Of a DNA stretch of 64,000 nucleotides, positions 39,327 to 49,724 are shown one piece after another (within the stretch, counting starts at the first letter, position 1; the number at the start of each line of letters is the position of its first letter). The DNA is from a virus. A program made the position numbers and the translations under genes. Location: positions 32,001 to 96,000 of IMG/VR virus record IMGVR_UViG_3300029448_008324; one strand, given 5' to 3'. Below the pieces are notes generated by a model. That model was given only the letters and a program-made list of their open reading frames with translations, searched no databases and had not been told where the DNA came from.

Positions 39327-40053
39327 AACCATAGAACTAGCAACCACATACAACAAAAAATATTATGATCTTTGTGGTAAAAGGATGATTGAATCATTTG
39401 TGCAACACTGGCCCAAACATTGCACGCTCCATGTGTACTGGCAAGAACAACAGCCAGAAATCATAGGAGACAACATAGTGTATCATGAACTGTACAAAGT
39501 ACAACCACAACTCAAAGAGTTTGTAGACAAATGGAAAGACGATCCAGAAAAAAATGGCTGGCGTGAAGATAGACAAAAGTGGGTTTGGAAAAATGACGGA
39601 GTAAAATTTAGTCACAAAGTTTTTGCACAGACACACAGAATTAAAAATTCAACCGCTGATGTAATACTGTATTCAGATGCTGACACTTTGTACACAGCAA
39701 AACCAAATTTGAATTACTTGTCTGAAATTTGTCCAAATGATGCACTATGCACATTTTTTGATAGACCAAAATTAAGAGATGAAACAGGTTTTTACATGCA
39801 CAATCCAAGACATCCTAGAGCAAAAGATTGGGCAAACAGGATGGAAGAGATATATCTCACAGGCGAACTTTGGGGATATGATAACATGCAGGCGGATCAA
39901 TATACAATGGCCATTGGTAGAGATTCATTCAAAGATTGCAAACAGACAGATTTGATGAAATGGTATCCAGGAATCAAAAGCAGCGATCCAGTGCCACATT
40001 CGCCACTTGCAGAATTTTTAGATCACATGAAAGGGGACAAAAAAAATGGTTAA
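39319..40053 (+). CDS. GT-A glycosyltransferase, tandem paralog of 38499
   Basis: YSDAD, ETGF, DHMKG; nucleotide blocks shared with the upstream gene. Confidence 0.75.
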   Translation: MNRTIELATTYNKKYYDLCGKRMIESFVQHWPKHCTLHVYWQEQQPEIIGDNIVYHELYKVQPQLKEFVDKWKDDPEKNGWREDRQKWVWKNDGVKFSHKVFAQTHRIKNSTADVILYSDADTLYTAKPNLNYLSEICPNDALCTFFDRPKLRDETGFYMHNPRHPRAKDWANRMEEIYLTGELWGYDNMQADQYTMAIGRDSFKDCKQTDLMKWYPGIKSSDPVPHSPLAEFLDHMKGDKKNG

Positions 40054-41206
40054 TGTAATCTATCCTTTGGCATCAAGCACATGGGGACCAGAAGAAGTTC
40101 AAGCAATTCAAAATGTAATAGCATCAGACATGTATACCATGGGAGGTGCAGTAAAACAGTTTGAAAAAGAATACGCCAAACATTTTGGACATGATCATGC
40201 TGTGATGACGAACTCAGGTTCATCAGCTAATCTGTTGATGTTGTCACTGTTAAAATTAAAATACAAACTAACAGGTGACATTATTGTGCCTGCTGTGGGT
40301 TGGTCAACCAGTTACTTTCCTGTCAATCAAAATGGATTCAAATTAAACTTCGTTGATGTTGATCCACAAACATACAACATAGACACCACAAAAATTGAAC
40401 AAGCCATCACTCCAAACACTTGTGCTATTATGGCTATTAATCTGTTAGGTAATCCTTGTGACTTTGATACTATCTATGAGATTGCAGACAAACACAATCT
40501 TTTTGTGATTGAAGACAACTGCGAATCCATGGGTGCAAAATACAATGACAGGTATACTGGCGGTCATGGCATCATTGGCACGCAATCATTTTTCTTTTCA
40601 CATCACATGCAAACCATGGAAGGCGGCATGGTCACTGTGGACAATCAGGAAGACGCTGATTGGTTGCGTTCACTGAGAGCACATGGTTGGTGCAGAGACT
40701 TGTCACCAGACAATCCATTGTTTCAAAAGACAGGTTCTTGGAAAGACAATTTTACATTTGTTACTCCTGGCTACGCTTTGCGTCCATTAGAGATGAGCGG
40801 AGCAGTGGGTTCCGAACAATTGAAAAAATGGGACAACATCATGTCAGCAAGAATGAAAAACAAAGAACATTTTTTTTCCAAGTTTGGCGATGAAAAATAT
40901 TTAAAATTACAAAAGACACAGGGCGAAAGCAGTTGGTTTTCTTTTGGTTGTATCTGCACAGGAGCATTAGCAGGCAGAAGAGATGAACTGGTCACTGCAC
41001 TCACAGAAGCAGGCATCCAATCAAGACCACTGGCATCAGGCAATTGGTTAACACAACCTGTGATGAGCATGTTGGATTACACCGCAACTGGAGACTACTC
41101 TGGTGCAGACCTTATTGAAGATGAAGGATTTTTTGTAGGCAACGGTATGCAAGATGTCACTCAAGGCATTGATGCCATGTATGAGGTAATACAAAAGTTA
41201 GTATGA
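40046..41206 (+). CDS. colD: PLP-dependent NDP-4-keto-6-deoxyhexose 3-dehydratase (ColD-like, DegT family)
   Basis: NSGSSANL, EDNCESMGA, SFFFSHHMQTMEGG (His at the usual Lys position), SLRAHGW.R, RPLEMSGA. Confidence 0.8.
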   Translation: MVNVIYPLASSTWGPEEVQAIQNVIASDMYTMGGAVKQFEKEYAKHFGHDHAVMTNSGSSANLLMLSLLKLKYKLTGDIIVPAVGWSTSYFPVNQNGFKLNFVDVDPQTYNIDTTKIEQAITPNTCAIMAINLLGNPCDFDTIYEIADKHNLFVIEDNCESMGAKYNDRYTGGHGIIGTQSFFFSHHMQTMEGGMVTVDNQEDADWLRSLRAHGWCRDLSPDNPLFQKTGSWKDNFTFVTPGYALRPLEMSGAVGSEQLKKWDNIMSARMKNKEHFFSKFGDEKYLKLQKTQGESSWFSFGCICTGALAGRRDELVTALTEAGIQSRPLASGNWLTQPVMSMLDYTATGDYSGADLIEDEGFFVGNGMQDVTQGIDAMYEVIQKLV

Positions 41207-42039
41207 AAAGTCTAACCATAGTAACCACATACAGTCCAAGGTATTGGCCTTTGCCAATCCAAAAGTCAATTGAAAGCACTCTTGAGAATTGGCCTGGTCA
41301 TGCAAGAATACTGGTGTATCCAGATGATCAAACTCAATGCATGGAGCATGATAGATTAGAACACTATGATCTTTGCCAAGAACAACCTGTGTTGCAAGAA
41401 TTTATCAACAGAAACAAAAACAATTCACAACTACAAACACTTGGACAAAAAGATTATGAATTTGAATATGATGCCATAAGGTTTAGTTACAAAGTTTTTG
41501 CTTGTATTGATGCATATCAAAAAACAAAGCCTGACATGATGTGGTATCTTGATGCTGACATCATCACATTTGAAAAAATCCCAATGTCATGGCTTGAACA
41601 CATCATACCTGATCATGCATTTACATCATACTTAGGCAGACCAAAAAAAGGATTTTCTGAGACAGGTTACTATGCATTCAACACAGCACATCAGCATGCT
41701 GAAGATTTTTTCACAAGATGGTCAGAATACTATGGGAAAGATTTGTATTTCAACATACAAAAAGGATTTCTTGATCATTTTCCACGTGCTGGCTACACAG
41801 ATTCATTCACCTTTGATGCTGTGAGATTAGAGTTTGAACAGGCAGACAAAATGGTCAACGAAGATTTGAACGATGGCAGATTTGGCGGAATGAGAAAAGC
41901 AAGACATCCATTCATCAATTCTGAACTTGGACAATACATGGATCACTTGAAAGGCTTTGACAGAAAAACAAACATGAAGAGCAATGCAAAGGATTTGACT
42001 ACCAAACAAACACATTCATACTGGAGAAACTTAAAATGA
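41203..42039 (+). CDS. GT-A glycosyltransferase (DAIRFSYK family)
   Basis: YLDAD, YLGR, ETGY, DS, HPFINS, DHLKG. Confidence 0.75.
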   Translation: MKSLTIVTTYSPRYWPLPIQKSIESTLENWPGHARILVYPDDQTQCMEHDRLEHYDLCQEQPVLQEFINRNKNNSQLQTLGQKDYEFEYDAIRFSYKVFACIDAYQKTKPDMMWYLDADIITFEKIPMSWLEHIIPDHAFTSYLGRPKKGFSETGYYAFNTAHQHAEDFFTRWSEYYGKDLYFNIQKGFLDHFPRAGYTDSFTFDAVRLEFEQADKMVNEDLNDGRFGGMRKARHPFINSELGQYMDHLKGFDRKTNMKSNAKDLTTKQTHSYWRNLK

Positions 42040-42911
42040 AAATACTAGTTACAGGAGCATTAGGTTACATAGGAACACAACTTCTATATAACATGCGAAA
42101 CAGCAATCACACCATTGTAGGATTTGATAATTCACAAGATGCCATAGACAACAGACTTGCTGTAGCACTCCAGTATAATAATAATTTTAGTTTCAAGAAA
42201 AAAGATCTTTTGGATGATTTGTCAGAATACAAAGATGTTGACATGATTGTACATTTGGCCGCTGAAGTCGGCTATGTGGCATGTGACGACAATCCAGGAC
42301 AGTGCATGCGAACCAATGTAGAAGGCACAAAAAATATTGCTTCCCTAGACAAACCAACTGTGTTCTTGTCCACTGGCAGTGTGTATGGCAAACTTGATCA
42401 ACCTTGTATGGAAACACTTGAATGTAATCCTGCAACACTGTATGCCAAATCAAAACTTGAAGGTGAACAAATTATAAAACAAATCAAAGATTGGACCATA
42501 CTGAGGCCTGCCACAGCATATGGACTTTCATTTAAAATGCGTCACGATCTACTAATCCACACTTTGTGCAGAGATGCAGTTAAGTCAGGCTTCATACAGT
42601 TGTATCAGCCTAAAGCAGAAAGAACTTTTTATCATGTGAATGATCTTGCCAACACACTTGGCCACATAGTTGATAACTTTGACCAATTCAAACACAATAT
42701 TTTCAACATAGGTGCTGAACACTTAAACATCACAAAAGAAGACATAGTTAAAGAAATACAAAAACACATTGATTTAAAACTAGAAATAGTAGAAGATGAA
42801 GACAGAGACAAGCGTGACTACTATGTTGATTATTCTAAACAAAATAAGTTTTTCAAAGTGGACAGCACTTTAGATATTTCTGGCATAATAAAATATTATC
42901 AAGGTTACTAA
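42036..42911 (+). CDS. NAD-dependent epimerase/dehydratase
   Basis: TGALGYIG, HLAA, YAKSK. Confidence 0.88.
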   Translation: MKILVTGALGYIGTQLLYNMRNSNHTIVGFDNSQDAIDNRLAVALQYNNNFSFKKKDLLDDLSEYKDVDMIVHLAAEVGYVACDDNPGQCMRTNVEGTKNIASLDKPTVFLSTGSVYGKLDQPCMETLECNPATLYAKSKLEGEQIIKQIKDWTILRPATAYGLSFKMRHDLLIHTLCRDAVKSGFIQLYQPKAERTFYHVNDLANTLGHIVDNFDQFKHNIFNIGAEHLNITKEDIVKEIQKHIDLKLEIVEDEDRDKRDYYVDYSKQNKFFKVDSTLDISGIIKYYQGY

Positions 42912-43894
42912 TGAAAGTAGAAGTTTTCCGCAACACAGTAAAACGCAGAGGCAAAGGTGCATCATTTGAAATGGTCAAGGCCTGGTATGATGGCATCAAG
43001 GCAGTGGGAGATGACCCTATATGGATTGAAGGTCGCAGTGATCCTGAACGTTGGATGGGCGATCCCAAAGAGCAAGTGGCTGTGCATTTTGGTTATGGAC
43101 CAAACAATGCAGGAGACTTTCTCAAAGGCAATCGCAGAAAAATTAGACAACATCATGAAAAGAACGGCGGTGTGTGCATTGTGTTTGACGGGGGACTTTG
43201 GACATCATTTGGCAACAGAGCCACTGATTGGAACAAACATTATTTCAGATGTGCCCTGTGGTCACCCATGCGTAATGGCAACTTTCTGAATCAAGATTCG
43301 CCTGCAGACAGATGGGAACACATTAAAAAAACTTTCAACATAGACAATCGTGCATGGAAAGGTGATGGCAAATACATCATGCTATGCACACAACCCAAAG
43401 ACAACTGGTCCATGGCACAGAAAGATCCCTATGAATGGGTGGATGAAGTGGTTAGTGCTTTGAAAGGCGTCACAGACAAAACACTGTTGTTGCGTCCACA
43501 TCCTAACCATGCAGACAAGTGTGCAGAAGATATTCGCAAACGTCATCCGCAAATTAAAATTGCAGACATGAACAGAGGTGGTGGCATGTTCAAAGATTAT
43601 CGTTGGACATTCATTGAGGAACTAGATGCTTCTGATATCCATTGTGCAATTACACACAACTCCACAGCAGTGGTAGATGCAGCCACATATGGAGTGCCTG
43701 TGTTTATGACATCAGACTTGTGTCTTGCATGGGACGTTGGATCTAATAATCTCAAACAAGTAGAAACACCCGTTAAACCAGATCGTGATCAATGGTTGCA
43801 CAATCTTGCCTATGCTAACTGGACCATAGAAGAAGTTCGCAATGGCACTGTGTGGCGTAGATTTAGGCCACACATAGAAAGTATGATTAAATGA
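42911..43894 (+). CDS. Capsule_synth (KpsC/KpsS)-like glycosyltransferase
   Basis: CTQ..D, LRPHP, AITHNSTAVVDAATYGVPVF. Confidence 0.65.
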   Translation: MKVEVFRNTVKRRGKGASFEMVKAWYDGIKAVGDDPIWIEGRSDPERWMGDPKEQVAVHFGYGPNNAGDFLKGNRRKIRQHHEKNGGVCIVFDGGLWTSFGNRATDWNKHYFRCALWSPMRNGNFLNQDSPADRWEHIKKTFNIDNRAWKGDGKYIMLCTQPKDNWSMAQKDPYEWVDEVVSALKGVTDKTLLLRPHPNHADKCAEDIRKRHPQIKIADMNRGGGMFKDYRWTFIEELDASDIHCAITHNSTAVVDAATYGVPVFMTSDLCLAWDVGSNNLKQVETPVKPDRDQWLHNLAYANWTIEEVRNGTVWRRFRPHIESMIK

Positions 43895-44520
43895 AAGCAT
43901 TCATAATATATCTCAAAGAACTACAATCAACAATTGATTCTGCCTTGGAATGTAAACGCACAGCAAGACAACATGGATTAGATGCATGGATGCTGGAGGG
44001 ATTTACTCCTTCACGTGCTGATCAATTTATAAAAGAAAACAATTTACAACCATATCTACCAGGACCTAAACTGTTCAAGATTAAATGGCAAAAAGGTGGA
44101 GTGCGTGGTTGTATGATATCTCATTACCATGCATGGAAAAAATGCATTGAACTTGATCAAAACATTGTGGTGCTAGAACATGACTCTCGTGTGTGCAGTG
44201 ATACCTATCTGCAAGAATTTCAAGATGTGTTGCACCTAGATGCACATAGATTTGAACCAGACCCGGATGAGGGCAGGCAAGCAACAGTAGAGGATTTTGT
44301 GCATGTGAGAAAAGGTGAAAATCAACTCAAAGGCACATACGGTTATGTGATCAAACCACATGCCGCAAAACGACTGATCCAAGGTGCTCATGAAGACGGC
44401 CTTACAGCCAGTGACATGTTTGTAAAAGACAAGTATGTTCGCATACAAGTTGCAAAACCAAGAGCAGTGTATGTTGCCAGCCAAGACAGTTTGACCGTCG
44501 ATAGATCATTCAATATATAA
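43891..44520 (+). CDS. Glycosyltransferase family 25
   Basis: GCMISHYHAW, VVLEHD, GY.IKP.AAK.L. Confidence 0.8.
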   Translation: MKAFIIYLKELQSTIDSALECKRTARQHGLDAWMLEGFTPSRADQFIKENNLQPYLPGPKLFKIKWQKGGVRGCMISHYHAWKKCIELDQNIVVLEHDSRVCSDTYLQEFQDVLHLDAHRFEPDPDEGRQATVEDFVHVRKGENQLKGTYGYVIKPHAAKRLIQGAHEDGLTASDMFVKDKYVRIQVAKPRAVYVASQDSLTVDRSFNI

Positions 44521-44524
44521 TCAT

Positions 44525-45262
44525 ATGCACATCACAATTACAGGGTCACATGGATTCATTGGCCATCATCTAGTAAATCATTGCCACAAACACAATCATA
44601 ATCTATCATGTTGGGACTTACAGATTGGAAAAAATATCTGTAACTTCACACTCAAAGGATTATTGGAAGACACCACAGATGTTGTCATACATCTTGCCGC
44701 ACTGGCAGGCATCAGAGAGTCAATTGAAAATCCAGATCAATATTGGGAAACAAATGTGGAATACACAAAAAAAGTTTTTGATGTTGCTGAAGAAAAAAAT
44801 GTTCGTGTAATATATGCATCATCATCTGCTTGCAAAAGATGGCATGGAAATCCTTATGCCATATCAAAATATGTCAACGAATTCATTGCGCCAGATAATT
44901 CAGTTGGACTGAGATTTTCAACTGTGTGGGGAGATGGAGCCAGAGGTGACATGTTGGTGCCACAAATACAAAATAAAAATTTGAAGTATGCAACTACACA
45001 CCACAGAGATCTCATACATGTATCAGACATTGTGTCTGCAATACAATGCATCATTGATCATCCTGAAGAGCGTGGAGTGTTTGATGTAGGCACAGGAAGA
45101 ACTGTTGCTGTGGATCAGTTGGTAGCACACAACGGCCTTGATGTGCCAATCACTGATGGCTTTGATTATGAATCCAAAGAAAACTTATTGCCTTCACACA
45201 GACTGAGAGCACTTGGTTGGGAACCGAAACGTTTCATAATGGATGAAAAGTTGTGCAACTAG
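44525..45262 (+). CDS. NAD-dependent epimerase/dehydratase
   Basis: TGSHGFIG, HLAA.AG.R.S, ASSS, YAISK. Confidence 0.88.
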   Translation: MHITITGSHGFIGHHLVNHCHKHNHNLSCWDLQIGKNICNFTLKGLLEDTTDVVIHLAALAGIRESIENPDQYWETNVEYTKKVFDVAEEKNVRVIYASSSACKRWHGNPYAISKYVNEFIAPDNSVGLRFSTVWGDGARGDMLVPQIQNKNLKYATTHHRDLIHVSDIVSAIQCIIDHPEERGVFDVGTGRTVAVDQLVAHNGLDVPITDGFDYESKENLLPSHRLRALGWEPKRFIMDEKLCN

Positions 45263-45885
45263 TCGATGGATTTTTTATTCCAGATGGTGATTTGCCCAAA
45301 CATCACATTGCAGAACCTGTTGTGCAACACGATGCTATCCTCAATCAAAAAGTTTTAGAATACACTACAACAAGACGTCACATGATTGATGTTGGCGGAA
45401 ATGTTGGAAGATGGAGTGTGGACTTTGCCAAACACTTTGATACAGTGTCTGCTTTTGAACCAGCGCCTTATCACATTGAATGTTTTGAAAAAAATTGTGC
45501 ACCATATCCTAATGTAAAATTGTATCCATATGGACTCAGCAACACAAACAAAAAAGGAAACTTAGAAGTAGCAGTTGAACATCATCTAGGATCAACTAGA
45601 GTAATTCCAAGTGATGATGGTACCATAGAACTAAAAACACTAGACCAACATGGATTCACAGATGTGGATGTGTTGAAAGTTGACGTTGAAGGATTAGAAA
45701 TAGATGTGTTACAAGGCGCCGAACAAACCATTGCGAAATGCAAACCAATAATTGTAATTGAAAGATGTGTGTTCAACAGTGAACGTTTTGGTTTAGACAA
45801 AATGGCAAGCCACAATGAATTGGATCGTCAAGGCTACAAAAGACTATTTAAGATTACCAGAGATTGCATATACGGCCCTAAATGA
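45253..45885 (+). CDS. FkbM-family methyltransferase
   Basis: IDVGGNVG, AFEP, KVDVEGLE..VL.GA. Confidence 0.9.
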   Translation: MQLVDGFFIPDGDLPKHHIAEPVVQHDAILNQKVLEYTTTRRHMIDVGGNVGRWSVDFAKHFDTVSAFEPAPYHIECFEKNCAPYPNVKLYPYGLSNTNKKGNLEVAVEHHLGSTRVIPSDDGTIELKTLDQHGFTDVDVLKVDVEGLEIDVLQGAEQTIAKCKPIIVIERCVFNSERFGLDKMASHNELDRQGYKRLFKITRDCIYGPK

Positions 45886-46226
45886 AATCATATGAAAAAC
45901 TAGACAAAGAGATCTTTGTGATAGAAAATCAACAAGGCAACACATCAAAAACATATGACTTAGATGAATATTCAAAAATTGTTCCAACACAATTTGTAAC
46001 AGATTACTATGATTACAACAAACCACACAGACAAACCAAATCTAATCACGAATCTACATGGCGATTGATCACATGTATGTTTGGTGTTATAATATGTAAA
46101 TGCGGTGATCACACCATTGAATTATCGCGAGAAAACAAAATACAGCTAATGATAGGTCCAAACATTAAATTTCAATACCACAACAAAAGTGGCAAATCTG
46201 TGTGTCATGTGAGATCAAGTGCATGA
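45882..46226 (+). CDS. Divergent cupin (FdtA/WxcM-like)
   Basis: Weak similarity only; sugar-operon context. Confidence 0.4.
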   Translation: MKSYEKLDKEIFVIENQQGNTSKTYDLDEYSKIVPTQFVTDYYDYNKPHRQTKSNHESTWRLITCMFGVIICKCGDHTIELSRENKIQLMIGPNIKFQYHNKSGKSVCHVRSSA

Positions 46227-46855
46227 GCAGATTGGTTGTATTCGGAGACAGTTGGCCCTATGGTGCAGAACTAAAAGCAGGAGAAAAAACTTTTGGCGAA
46301 CTGTTGCATGAAAAATTAGGCACAGACAGTTTTGTAAATTGCTCACAAGAAGGCACATCAATTGATCATCTGGTTGTGCAACTCGAACAATACATGTCTC
46401 AAGCAGATGTTGGCACAGACATTGCTGTGTTTTTCATTAGCAATCCTATAAGATATATGATTCACAAAAAAGGCAATTGGGACACCATTAGACCAACTGG
46501 TGATAAAAGCATGAACACAAGATTTTATTACGAATATCTACAATCAGATGAATTGGATAACCATCGAGCCAACACTTGTATTCTTGCTTTACAAAATATG
46601 TGTAGATATAGCACAACAATAGTGAAAGACATTTATCTCGAAGGATGGTCTGCCATAGATTGGTCATATCCTAGCATCAACAAACAAAAGTTTTTGCCTA
46701 AATCTGCCTTGCAAATGTTTGAAGCAAATATGAATAAACAAACAAACGAACTGGTTAAAAATCAAAGGAATCCTTTCATATATCCCAACAAGTATCATCC
46801 CAATCAAAAAGGACATACACTGATTGCAGAGGAATTATATAAATTTGTCAAATGA
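46223..46855 (+). CDS. SGNH/GDSL-like esterase or acyltransferase
   Basis: FGDSW..G, G.S, HPN..GH. Confidence 0.7.
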   Translation: MSRLVVFGDSWPYGAELKAGEKTFGELLHEKLGTDSFVNCSQEGTSIDHLVVQLEQYMSQADVGTDIAVFFISNPIRYMIHKKGNWDTIRPTGDKSMNTRFYYEYLQSDELDNHRANTCILALQNMCRYSTTIVKDIYLEGWSAIDWSYPSINKQKFLPKSALQMFEANMNKQTNELVKNQRNPFIYPNKYHPNQKGHTLIAEELYKFVK

Positions 46856-47715
46856 AAATAGCAGTGTTTCCAAAAACAAGCGCCATGGCGGGCAAGCCAG
46901 TGATGGCAGCTTTTATACAGTCGCTCCAAGGCGAAGACTACGCCATTTGCGAAAATCACGAAAGACCAGAAGCAGATGTAGTGGTCATGTGGTCATGGCT
47001 TCTTGGAATGTATGGACGTGATGCCATATACAATCATTACAAAAAAACAAATACAAAATTTTTAATATTAGAAGTTGGTGCATTGCAACGCAACACATCT
47101 TGGAAGGTTGCTATCAACGGCATCAACAGAGATGCTGATTTTGGCAATCAATCTGTTGATGATAGTAGACTAAAATTGTTTGACCTTACCTTATCAGATT
47201 GGCATGCATCAGGTGACCATATTATAGTGTGTGGCCAAAATGAAAGATCAATTGCATGGGATCAAGGCAACACCGCACAATGGGTCAACAAAATGATTGA
47301 TTGGATACGCAGTCAAACAGATAGACCCATTTGGTTTAGACCACATCCTAGGTTTCCTGTGCATTACAAGAATGCACAAATAAAAAATGTATTTGTATCA
47401 AAACCAAAAAAGTTAAATCACAAAGGCAATATTGATGAAGTTGACTTTGCACAAGCAATGTCACATGCACATGCTGTGGTAAACTATAATTCTAATCCTG
47501 CAATCGAAGCAGTGCTATCTGGCGTTCCTGTGTATGTAGACCAGTCATCATTATGTTGGGATGTAGCAAAACCAATTGGCGATGACATAGAAAATCCAGT
47601 CAAACCTGATCGCTCTGCATGGCGCAAACAGATAAGTTATACTGAATGGTTCGTAGAAGAAATAAAACAAGGCCTTCCATGGAAGAGGTTGAGACCACGT
47701 TTGATCGATGGGTGA
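46852..47715 (+). CDS. Capsule_synth (KpsC/KpsS)-like glycosyltransferase
   Basis: CGQ, FRPHP, AHAVVNYNSNPAIEAVLSGVPV. Confidence 0.65.
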   Translation: MKIAVFPKTSAMAGKPVMAAFIQSLQGEDYAICENHERPEADVVVMWSWLLGMYGRDAIYNHYKKTNTKFLILEVGALQRNTSWKVAINGINRDADFGNQSVDDSRLKLFDLTLSDWHASGDHIIVCGQNERSIAWDQGNTAQWVNKMIDWIRSQTDRPIWFRPHPRFPVHYKNAQIKNVFVSKPKKLNHKGNIDEVDFAQAMSHAHAVVNYNSNPAIEAVLSGVPVYVDQSSLCWDVAKPIGDDIENPVKPDRSAWRKQISYTEWFVEEIKQGLPWKRLRPRLIDG

Positions 47716-47789
47716 CCAAAATATACTTTGGTATCATGCTGTCTTTTCCAATCATAATGGTGGTTCTTATCTACTTTGAAACAAGATGA
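47679..47789 (+). CDS. Small single-TM peptide (25-36 aa)
   Basis: (MEEVETTFDRW)VTKIYFGIMLSFPIIMVVLIYFETR; GTGA and ATGA overlaps link it to both neighbours. Confidence 0.5.
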   Translation: MEEVETTFDRWVTKIYFGIMLSFPIIMVVLIYFETR

Positions 47790-48487
47790 AAAGTTTCGTT
47801 TGTGTATGCACAGGCACCAAGTATGGCACAACTTATGTGGACAAACTCTACAACATGGTGTCAAGACATGCCAACGACTTTAAATTTTTTGTAATCACAG
47901 ACAGCAAAAAAGCATGGCGTCCTGAGATCAACCAAATTGTAGTATCTCCATTGTTTCCAACATGGTGGAATAAGATCCACATGTTTAGAGATGATATAGG
48001 ACTTGAAGGCAGAGTGCTATTCATGGATTTGGATGTTGTCATATTCAAAAACATTGATGAGTTTTGGGACTTTGAAGGCGATGCATTTGTTATCATACAA
48101 GACTTCAATAGATGTAGAATTAAAAATTATCATGTGCGTAATTCATCTGTGATGAAATTTGTTGCAGGACAAGAAGTAAATGTATGGAATGAGTTTGTTG
48201 CTGATTCAAAAAAGGTCATGCAGAGGTTTCGTGGAGATCAAGATTACATGACAGCAAAATATCCTGGTGGTCCCATATGGCCCAAAGAATGGGTGATGTC
48301 TTACAAATGGGAGATAGGATTAGAACCAGGAGAAAAAAGACGCTCGCCACACGATCTATTTGTCAAACAATCGTACACTGATCGCAAACATGGACTGCCA
48401 GAAGATTGTGCTGTGGCTGTGTTTCATGGCAAACCAAATCCTGCAGAAGTAGAAAAAGATCCGCTTGTGATTGAAAATTGGCGATGA
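47786..48487 (+). CDS. GT-A glycosyltransferase
   Basis: GTKY...YV..LY.MV.R, WWNKI, FMDLDVV, NSSV, GDQ, FHGKPNP. Confidence 0.82.
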   Translation: MKSFVCVCTGTKYGTTYVDKLYNMVSRHANDFKFFVITDSKKAWRPEINQIVVSPLFPTWWNKIHMFRDDIGLEGRVLFMDLDVVIFKNIDEFWDFEGDAFVIIQDFNRCRIKNYHVRNSSVMKFVAGQEVNVWNEFVADSKKVMQRFRGDQDYMTAKYPGGPIWPKEWVMSYKWEIGLEPGEKRRSPHDLFVKQSYTDRKHGLPEDCAVAVFHGKPNPAEVEKDPLVIENWR

Positions 48488-49212
48488 AAACACTTGTGGT
48501 TGGTGACAGTTTCGTTACTAATAAAATTGAAACATACGCAGATCATTTGTGTAAAATACAATCTGATATAGTTGTAAAAGGATTGCCTGGTAGTGGCAAC
48601 GATTTAATAAGTCATGTGTTGTTGAATGAATATAAAAATTATGATAGATTTATAATAAACTGGACTTCAACTTGCAGGTATGATTTGTTGATCAGCGATG
48701 ACATCAAAAAATATTTGTATTTAGACAATTGCAATCACCATTATTACAACAATCAGTTGTTTGTAAATTCAGGTGGATGGCGCGGGAACTGGCAAAAAGA
48801 ATCAACTAACACAATGTTTTCTTCAATGTATAAACATCATTTTGACGTTGAAAATTCCTGGCGGACAACATTGCAAAACATGGTAATGGTGCATCAATTG
48901 TTGCAGAACAAACCACACATCAACTTTTTTTCATATGACACATTTGAGTGCATAGATTTTGGCAGTTATGAAAAGCAAAACACTAAAAATTATGATGGTA
49001 AGAAATGGAAAAAGTTCAAGCAAAAAAACAAATGGATATCTGGTATCGAATGGAATAACGTTTGGTTTCACAAAAACAGTTACACCAATACAGGCGGCGT
49101 AATGGATTGGTGTCATGACAACACAGATGACACAGGACATCATCCTTCTGGTGAAGGAGCCAAAATGTTTTTGTTGCAAGTTTTGACACCCTGGTTGGGA
49201 CAAACAGGATAA
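48484..49212 (+). CDS. SGNH-like protein
   Basis: VGDSF, G.GN, WT..R.D, HHPS. Confidence 0.6.
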   Translation: MKTLVVGDSFVTNKIETYADHLCKIQSDIVVKGLPGSGNDLISHVLLNEYKNYDRFIINWTSTCRYDLLISDDIKKYLYLDNCNHHYYNNQLFVNSGGWRGNWQKESTNTMFSSMYKHHFDVENSWRTTLQNMVMVHQLLQNKPHINFFSYDTFECIDFGSYEKQNTKNYDGKKWKKFKQKNKWISGIEWNNVWFHKNSYTNTGGVMDWCHDNTDDTGHHPSGEGAKMFLLQVLTPWLGQTG

Positions 49213-49220
49213 TTACACAC

Positions 49221-49724
49221 ATGTCGCTATTCAAATTTGAACAATATGGAAATGAAAAGCCTGTGCCTTCTGGAGAAGTGCATGTGGTAAACCAAGATGC
49301 GGATGAGCCAATCACTGAATACAACTTGGATCAATATGTTGAAAATAGAAATGTGTTACTGATAGGCATCCCCGGCGCATTTACTCCCACTTGCACAGAA
49401 AAACACTTGCCAGGATTTGTTGCTAATGAGCAAAATTTATACAACAAAGGCATTGATGAAATAATATGTATCAGCGTTAACGATCCACATGTAATGTTTG
49501 CATTTTCAGATTTCATTAACTACGAAGGATCAAACATCACAATGGCAGCTGATCCTTTCGGCGAAGTTTCCGAACAATTAGGATTACTGACTAACATGGG
49601 AGTGCTCGGCAATAGATGCAAAAGATTTGCCGCCATCATCCAAGAAGGAAAAATAGTAGACATTATGGTTGATGAACGTGGACTAGATGTGTCATCAGCA
49701 GAAAACTGTCTGCAAAAATTATAA
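49221..49724 (+). CDS. Peroxiredoxin (Prx5 / type II)
   Basis: PGAFTPTC...HLPG, SVND..VM, R..RFA. Confidence 0.93.
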   Translation: MSLFKFEQYGNEKPVPSGEVHVVNQDADEPITEYNLDQYVENRNVLLIGIPGAFTPTCTEKHLPGFVANEQNLYNKGIDEIICISVNDPHVMFAFSDFINYEGSNITMAADPFGEVSEQLGLLTNMGVLGNRCKRFAAIIQEGKIVDIMVDERGLDVSSAENCLQKL

